Of a stretch of 64,000 nt of DNA, positions 53,501 to 62,500 are shown one piece after another. Numbering within the stretch: position 1 is the first letter of the stretch; each line of letters begins with the position of its first letter. The stretch lies in contig JASCQW010000132.1 of assembly GCA_030264375.1 (NCBI GenBank), positions 57,981,819-58,045,818 of the forward strand, in the 5' to 3' direction. Under the pieces are notes generated by a model. It was not told the origin of the DNA. It ran no database searches and saw nothing but the letters and a program-made list of their open reading frames with translations. Source of the DNA: Carcharhinus longimanus (lineage: Eukaryota). The position numbers and the translations under genes were made by a program.

Positions 53501-56500
53501 GAACTGTGCCATCACAGCCAGCAGCTAAGTAATTGGCTGCTAAGTAGTTTTTCCTTTCTTTTTCCTTGGCATCATAGTTGTTGTTGTAAGTTAATTTAAG
53601 GGTTAAGTCACGGCAAAAGATCCCAGACCCATGTCTTTCTCCTCTTGTGCGATTTGGGAATTCAGGGATTCTTCCAGTGTCCCTGGCCTCTGCACATGCA
53701 AGAAGTGTGCTCAACTACAGCTCCTGTTAGGCTACTTGACAGCTTTGGAGCTGCAAATGGATTCAGCTTGGAACATCCACGATGCTGAGGAAGTCATGGA
53801 TAGCATGTTCAGTGACTTGATCACAACACTCCAGATAAAAATTTCTGAGGGAGATAGGGAACGGGTGACCACCAGACAGAGGAGGAGTAGGAAGACAGTT
53901 CAGGGGTCCCCTGCGGACATCTCCCTCCAAAACTGTTGGGACAGATGGCTCACCAGGGGAAGATGGCAGTAGCTAGGTTCACAACTGGTCCTGCTGCGCA
54001 GGAGAGCAGAAAGAAGTGTGGCAGAGCTATAGTGATAGACGCTGAATTATCAGGGGGATTGACAGGCGTTTCTGCGGACTCCAGGATGGTATGTTGCCTT
54101 TCTAGTGCAAGGTCAAGGATGTCTCAGAGTGGCTGCAGGACATTCTGGAGGGGAATGGTGAACAGCCAGCTGTTGTGGTGCATATAAGCACCATTGATAT
54201 AGGTGCATATAGGCACCATTGATATGGCTGATCCACTTCGATCAGCCATGATCTTATTGAAAGGCAGGGCAGGCTCAAAGGGCTAGATGGCCTACTCCTG
54301 CTCCTATTTCTTATGTTGTGTTCTTATTAAGAGTCCAATCACCATCCTTAATTAGACAGAAAGCTCGCTTTCTGAGTCCTAAATGGCCAATGGCTGATGA
54401 GAGACTGTTCATTTCACAGTCTGGGTTTCTCACTGCTTTTTGAGTCTGCATAGCTGGGCTCTGGAGTCCACAGGGAAAGTACTGCCCAAAATGTCATCAG
54501 TACTAGTTTTAAACATGTTCATACAAAAACATAAATGTGGAGCTGCAGCAACTTTATGTTTTAAACAGGCAAATATATTATTTTAAACACTATAAGACAA
54601 AATAATGACCTTATGTTATATATAACTTTGGCAACATATTAGGATGTCAGTCGGATTTTTGAGTTAACCTTTGAGTTAAGTGTCATGTTAGATAACCCAA
54701 ACTTAACCGGTTTACAGATCAGGATTCAATCAGCAGGCAGAAGTTCGGCCCTGTGACATTTCCAAGGGTATACCAGCCTTCCAAGAAACCCCGTGCTTCC
54801 ATACCTGATAGATTTGGTCACTATACATGCATTAGTACCCAAATAAAATATCAAATACAGATGCCTATGATGGAATACTTTTTAATAATAAGCTACATCA
54901 AGAAAAACAATACATTACTTTCTTAAATCCAGGCCCATGAGTGAGTGAGATCAATTCTCGTTCTACTTTTCCATCTCCTTCATCCACTGCAAGCCAGCAT
55001 TCAGCAGGAAAGAACCAGCACGCGCCAGTGAACAGGTCCTTGACAATCACAGAAGTAACATACCAACTGGGAGAATGACCACCGTTATTATGCCAAAGAC
55101 GAACCTTCCAAATGGAACCAAGACTTTCTGGAACACTAGAAGAAAAAGAAAACCCTTAGCTCTAACATTGTAGCACACAGGGGGGCAAAACTAAGTGTAG
55201 CATTCATGGCATTACCGCCACCTCTAGCATGATGTTACCACCAATCCACAACACAAACTCAAGGAACAGCACCACATCTTTCAATTAGGCACCTCAGAGC
55301 CTCTGGACTCAATACGGAGTTCAACAGTTTCAGACCATCAACTCCTGTTGTTCATGTTTTTGTTTTTGGACCCAGTTATCCTGTCATTCACATTCACTTT
55401 GAGCAAATGTATTGTCCAAGGTAGCATTTGACTGGGTGTGACATCAAGGAACCTGAGCAAAACTGAAGTCAATGCTCATGAGGGGGAAAACAGTCTATTG
55501 CTTGGAGTCATACCTCGCACACGGGAAGATAGTTCTGGTTGTTGAAGGCTAGTCATTTTGGTCCTGGCACATCACTCCAGGAGCTCCTCAGGATAGTGTC
55601 CTAGGTCCAACCACCTTCAGCTGCTTCATCAATGACCTTCCCCCCATCATAAGATCAGAAGTGGGAATGTTCATTGGTGACTGCACAATGTTCAACAGCA
55701 TTTGTGACTCCTCAGACAATGAAGCAGTCCATGTCCAAATGCAGCAAGACCTGGACAATATCCAGATCTGAAGCTGGCAAGTAGAAACAACATTCACACC
55801 ACACAAACACTATCAACACCCTGGGCATTACAGTTGACCAGAAACTGAACTAGACTAGTCGTGTAAATACTGTGGCTACAAAGAAGATCAGAGGTTGGGA
55901 ATCCTGCAGCAAATAACTCACCTCCTAACTCCCCAAAGCCTGCCTACCATCCACAAGGCAAAAAGCTGCAGTGTGATAGAATACTCTCCTTTTTCGGGTT
56001 TAAATATTTATATCCTATTTAAATGTATTTTTAAAAAAACAAACATATGCTCATTACACTTAGCTTTTGCTGGCAATTGGCAGAATTTAAAACTTTCCCC
56101 ATGGCCAGTTTGATGGCAGGGGTGCAGAGAAAGAGTGGCAATCCAGCCACCTTCTCACTTCTACCCTGATTAAGGCCACAGGGGAAAGACCCAAACCATC
56201 ATGTTAATGAATGCCTGCTTTCTGGTAGGAGTCACAACTCTTTCATCTTGAGGTTATTAGCCATTCCATCTATCTTGATGCTCACTTAAAGACCTCATCC
56301 ACTGCCATGGTATTAATCTGTGTGGGGCTACTCGTTGACTCCGAGGGAACACCTCCTTCCAAGACATGCAATGTCTGATTTAGGGAGCTGGCATCGCAGA
56401 AGAAAGGGCTTGCTGACTAACACCCCTGCCATTGCCATGGCCACCATAACCTCTGCCCCTGCAATCATTCTCCCACCATCACTCACCTGGGTCCAAAGAT

Positions 56501-59500
56501 GAAGCTAGGCCTCGGAGGACGTCCTAACAGTGGCACTGCCTCCCCAGTTCCGCAGCTGTTCAACAGTGCTCCCAACCTATGATTGGACAGCAACTCTCAG
56601 CAGACAGGGCTTCTGTCCCTGGGGTCCTTCTTGATCCTAGGGAAAGACCCGTCGCTGTCCACTGAGTTGCCTCAGTAGCACTTAATACAGCAGTCCTGTC
56701 CTAAAAGAGGAGATACGGTACCTTTGCCAGCTTCTAAGGTCTTCAAATCCAGACAATGTATAAAAAGAAACTGTTGGAAATACTAAGCAGGGCAGGCAGT
56801 AACTGTGGAAAAAGTAAGTTAAAGTTTCAAGTTGATGACCTTGCATTAGAACTCAATGACCTGAAACAGTAACTCTTGTTTCTCTCTCTAGTCCACAGAT
56901 GCTGTCTGACCTGCTAAGTATTTCCAAGACTCTCAGATGTCCAGCAACCATAGTATTTTGTTTTAGTACTGATATGCTTAGTCTGTATTAATTCACAGTA
57001 AGAGGTCTCACACAACAAGTTAAAGTCCAACAGGTTTATTTGGTAGCAAACACCGCTAGCTTTCGGGGCACTGATCCTTCGTCAGGTGAGTAGGAATTCT
57101 GATCACAAACAGAGCTGTTTGCTGCCAAATAAACCTGTTGGACTTTAACCTGGTGTTGTGATACTTCTTACTGTGTTTACCCCAGTCCAACGCCGGCATC
57201 TTCACATCATGATTAGCACATTCATACAGAGCTTTAAACAGATCTGGGCTCACCTTGGAAAACAACACTTGTTGCATTATGCTAGTGGCATCACGATACA
57301 TGTAACATTTCAGTGGATAGACATTTATTCAGGAAAATATCAACCTTCTACCAATAAAACCAACAGTTCTAGCGAGCAAATAGTTACTTTTTAAATGAAG
57401 TAGAATGAATAATTTTGTCACAGCATTTTAAGAAGGAAATTAAATAGTTATTAGTTTAGGTGCCAACCTGACAGGTAGGAATTATCCTACTTCTACAGCT
57501 CCTACAGACATTACTTGTCTCTTGCTAATAACACAGGCCATTGGAGTTGGGAGAATGGAGAAGCTGCATTCTTCTAAGAGTGCAAATAATCCATTAAATT
57601 ATTTTGTCTCACTCAACCATTACTCATTGCAAGCCCGTTTAGTAAGTATGTTTCTGATCTCTGTGATCAAGTAGGAATACCTCATTATAAATGTGTGTCT
57701 GGAATTTCTTTCAAACAATTGCTTCTCAGAATGGTATAATTCTCTTGTTTCAGAAATGCCATCTTCTCCATGAAGCTTGATGTATATCTAAAAATGGTCA
57801 ATGATAATAATCATTATAACGCATGACTATGGCTGTTAAAATGACTGTTCTGAAAAATTAAATGAATTTCCAATATGTTCTGCACACTCTTATAGGCTCC
57901 TGAACTACTAACAATCACATGCTGGGTAATTAGTTAAAGTTTGTTCACAAGGTGCTTTTCAACGTTACGTTATGGCTAAACTTCAGCAGTTACTCCAAAT
58001 ACCTGAATTCACATTCGCTGCTTCCAACAGGAAACACAGCACACAAGGAGAGAGAAGGTCATTGTTTTCCTTATAGTCAGACAGAAACATGTGGCTTTGA
58101 CAGGGTAGCGAGATTTCCAAAGATGCAGGGAGCCACTGGCTGCAGGCACATGGCTCTGTGGCCCCACATATAGAGTTCCACTTCATTAACATGCAGTTCA
58201 TGTGTGACCATGCTTGTGATGCTTGCTTTCCTGGCAGCAGCCATAACACCTTCATCCTTAGTCAATTGGCCATTCCTGCCGTCGTTGAACCAAGCTGAAG
58301 AAAGAGGGACTAGTGGCTTGGAGACAAGAGATAGCTTCCCAACACCCACCAATGATTCTCCTCTGATAACCTATCGTGGAAGGACAATGGGTCTACAAGG
58401 GGAGTCTTGCTTCCACCAGGAACATGATGGAGCAGACCATGGCATCATCAAGGAACAGTTCTGCTGCTTGGGACTAGACCACTCACTGCAACGCACTGTG
58501 AGATTGTGGTGTTCTGTTTTATTCTGCAAGTATGAGGATGCATCCTGTGGAAGCAGGCACCCCTCAGGAAGATGAGCAGGTGGAAGAGGTAGATGACAAT
58601 ATTACAAATACAGGTCCCTTCAAGAATAAACCAGGTCTTTATTCAGAGTGAATTAAGACCAGATGATGCCCATTGAAGCTTGCGCTTAAGAGTGGGTTTT
58701 TCTCCAATACAGGGTGGTTTCTGAACATGGGGGCGATCTGAATGGAAAAGAGTGGTGTTTGAACTGAACGATATTATAACAATAACAGTTGTGAACCACA
58801 AAATATCTTCTGCTGCCTAATTAAGTAAATGAATATCCACCTATAAATCAGCAGAGGAAGAAGAGAAGGAGGAGGAGTGCCAGAGTGGAGATATCTGGGA
58901 CCCTTCGCTCTGGATGAGCTGTCCACTACTCAGACTGGGATTCCTTTAGGTTGCTATCCCTTCATAACCATTGGTCCACAATTCTACACCTTTCCATCCA
59001 CCTTTTCCCCTGGCCTAGCTGCAGCCCACTAACGCCTGGTTGCTCATCACATGTCGATCCCAATTATATGCTAGCCACCAGTGCACACAGTGCCAGTGTC
59101 TGAACTAGTGACTACAAATATAAAAGCAAGTGACAGTGCTTCTTCCTGTCAGTTGCGTCTCGCACTCTTCATCATGAGGTTGCACTTGCTGGCCAAGCAG
59201 CAGCTCCTTGTTATCTGAAACCCAAAAATCAGAAGGGGATATTTGGGGTAAAGGAAAGGAGTGGAGTGGAAAATAATATATGTAATATTTGGTTATCCTG
59301 AAGGTTCTTGGCAGCAGTGCATGTAATGGCCTTTGTGACATAAAGGTATTTTAGTCTCCTCCAGCAGGCCTGGGAAAGGCAGGCATGTCTATTCCTCTCT
59401 TGTTCTGCTGTGCTCCCTATGTCTAGGGGGCCATCTCATCCTGCAAGGGAGAAGGAAGAATGTCAATGAGTGTGTTGCACTACGCCTTGGAGATGTGTTA

Positions 59501-62500
59501 GTCACAGCTGAAAAGCTGGAGGTATGTGAAGGCACCTAGAGGGTGATATAAAGCTGACATGACTGACATTCCAGTTCAAAGCTTTGGGCCAAGTGCTGGT
59601 AAGTGGGGTTAGCTGGGCAGATCGAGGCATTTCACACTTGGTGCAGACTCGATGGGCCAAGGGCCTCTTTTGCATTGTAGTAATCTGTGATTCTGTGATC
59701 TGGGTATGTGAATGTCTTAATGTTAGGCTTGTATCTTGAGTTCAAGATTTGAGTGGCGGGAATGTGGTATACTGGCAACATGAGAGAACGCTGGTGTGGT
59801 GTGTTGGAGATGTTAAATGAAGTTATATTCGCTAACCTTGACCACCTGTTACAGATCATTGAACTTCTTGTGGCATTGCTTCCAGGTGAATGTTAAACCA
59901 CAGTACGTGAACTCCTTGGTCATCATCTCCTGTTCTCTGCAGACCTCCTGATCCCACATGGTAACATGAGACCATGTCCCACTTCTCCTGTTGATTCCTG
60001 GGCTAAGGCTCAAACATGGCCTGAGACAAAATGCAAGCCCTTTCTCTTGGTTGTTGCTCCTTTTGGTAGTCTTCTCCTGAGAGCCATTGACACGACAGGC
60101 AGTCAGCAGTAACTTGCTTAAAGAGCGCAGCTTCCCTTTAAAAACGCAGGTTTGCTGGAACACAATTTGATCACTGTTGGATCCCCTGCTGGATCCCAAG
60201 TTGAGTGTTCCATCAGCCAGCAGTGGACACACACTCGACTGAATGCTACAATCATTCAAATGAGAAATGAAGATTGCACGTTGCCTGCCTCAACAGGCAT
60301 GGGTTGATCAGAATCGCGACCCACCATGCCAATAAGAAACAAAGCAATTTTCACATCTAAGGGTCTCTCATCAAATCATTTCATTGCCTCAAATATTCCA
60401 CAAGTCTATCCTCCACTACACTTTTTCAGAAGACCTTTTGTCTATTAATCATCCTTTCAGCGGAACAATGCTCTTTGACAACACCCTAAACTGAAATTGT
60501 CCTGCAGTGGTGGCTTAACTTTAGACAGAAACGTATAGAGAATATAAGACAAAATACCTTGGCAGTAGTTCCAGCCCTGGTCCTGAAGCCAGTCTCTACA
60601 ATGATCTCATACAGATACTGGTCAGTGGGAGTATTGTCCTGCAATATGACAAGTCCAGGTTTTGCCTCAATGTAAAAATCCATGCGTTTGCACAAGATAA
60701 CCAGCAGAATGTAGAGGGTGAGGGCAAACAGGACAGTGACGCAAGTGGCATAGTTTTCAAATACACTGTCAAAACAAAAATACACTTATTAATCTCAATA
60801 AATCTAATTAGAAAATGTACAGCTTACTTTGTTCTCAGTGATAACATTATGAGTGTCCTAGAACTGGCTGGGTCCTTCTGCAGGGTTTATTTCATTTATT
60901 ACATTAACAAATAAATTACTTTTTTAAATTGATAAATTGAGAGTTTTTTTAATAAAGAATTCACACCACCCAAATGTCTTCCTCTTCAATCTGGGCACTG
61001 TGTAGCTCCAAACAAAACAGCAGACCAAGAGGAAAGGACATCTGAAAACTGAACATATTGCTCCCCAAGATTGTTAAAAATGGAGAGCTTGCAGATTGAT
61101 AAGAGAGCGGATGGTATTCCAAGCGTCCAGAGGATGGGGCCATATATCCTCTTGAAGAAAACAGAACATGAAAATACTACAAATCTCACTTGGAATGCGA
61201 AAGCTGAGAAGAATAAACACAATTTGTAAATATTGTACATTCAGCATAGTGTTTATACTTGCAAGATAGAGTAGCAGGATGTCTGATCTTTGCAAATATA
61301 TATGTTTATGCTATTATTCTAAACTGAGTAGTAAAATATTAAACATTTGCACTAAATAGCAGACTTAACTCCTTAAATGTCTATTATTTAATATACAAAA
61401 TGAACAGTTACAACCTTCAATGGTAACATCCAGAAATTCTCTAGNNNNNNNNNNNNGGGAAGCAAACTGAACATGTACTTTGGTTTCAGTGCCATTTTTG
61501 GCAGCAATAATTTAATGTGGATTATACAGTTATAGATAGATATGAAATCAACCATATTGCAAACACACAAATCAGTGCACTGCACTAGCTCACATTATCT
61601 GCAACACCCACCTGATAAAAGTCAAGACATCAGTGAATTTGACATTCTTCATCACAACCTGCTGATGTGCCACTGTGAATGTTGTCATATGGTTGCAGCT
61701 AATTCAAAATAAAATAAAAGTTTATGTACCCAATCTCCCAAACAATGTGTGACAAAACGGACAAAAGACAATAGCATGAAATCAATGAATATTGAGCATC
61801 ACAATGCTGATCATGAAGGATAAAGTGTAGGACATGAACATTATTGCCTGTTAATCTGGAGATACATTAACAGGTCACTGTATTTTACGACTGTATTTGA
61901 GACTAAGTACAGATCACAAATTCAGCGTTTAGGTCGAGGCATTCAGAGAGTTCCACATGTTAATATTTCCTCAACAACTTACCCTTTCTAAACTAAAAAG
62001 TTGCTGTACACAGATGTAAATGCAAGAAACATTAGTGAAATTAAGTGAAGTTAACTACTTGCATCAATTCTTTATTTCCCAAGTGGACAAATCAGAACAG
62101 TAAAGGAATTTGTGGAGCTCATCTCCTGCAAGTTGAGATACCTTAACTTTAGGTGCTCCCATTCTTCATTATAATTTGATTGCAAATCGATTGGCATTTA
62201 TATTTACTGATTTATAAAAAAACACCAGCAAGGATCATAGGAATTGAAAGGAGTGCAGTTTTTTAAAAAGAAAATTAATAAAGGGAAAATAGGATGCAAG
62301 CAAAAGAAACAATCGCTCACTGTTGAGACAATTTTTACCTGCAGTTTACTTTCTGTGAATCTGTTTCCTGCTGAGGTGAACAACCATCAGACTTCCACTC
62401 TTGAATATCATCCCAGTACAGGCACTGGATCCACTGAATACTCACAGTATAACTCACATTCTTAGCAAGGTAGTTATTTTTTGGTTTTCTATTGTAGTTG

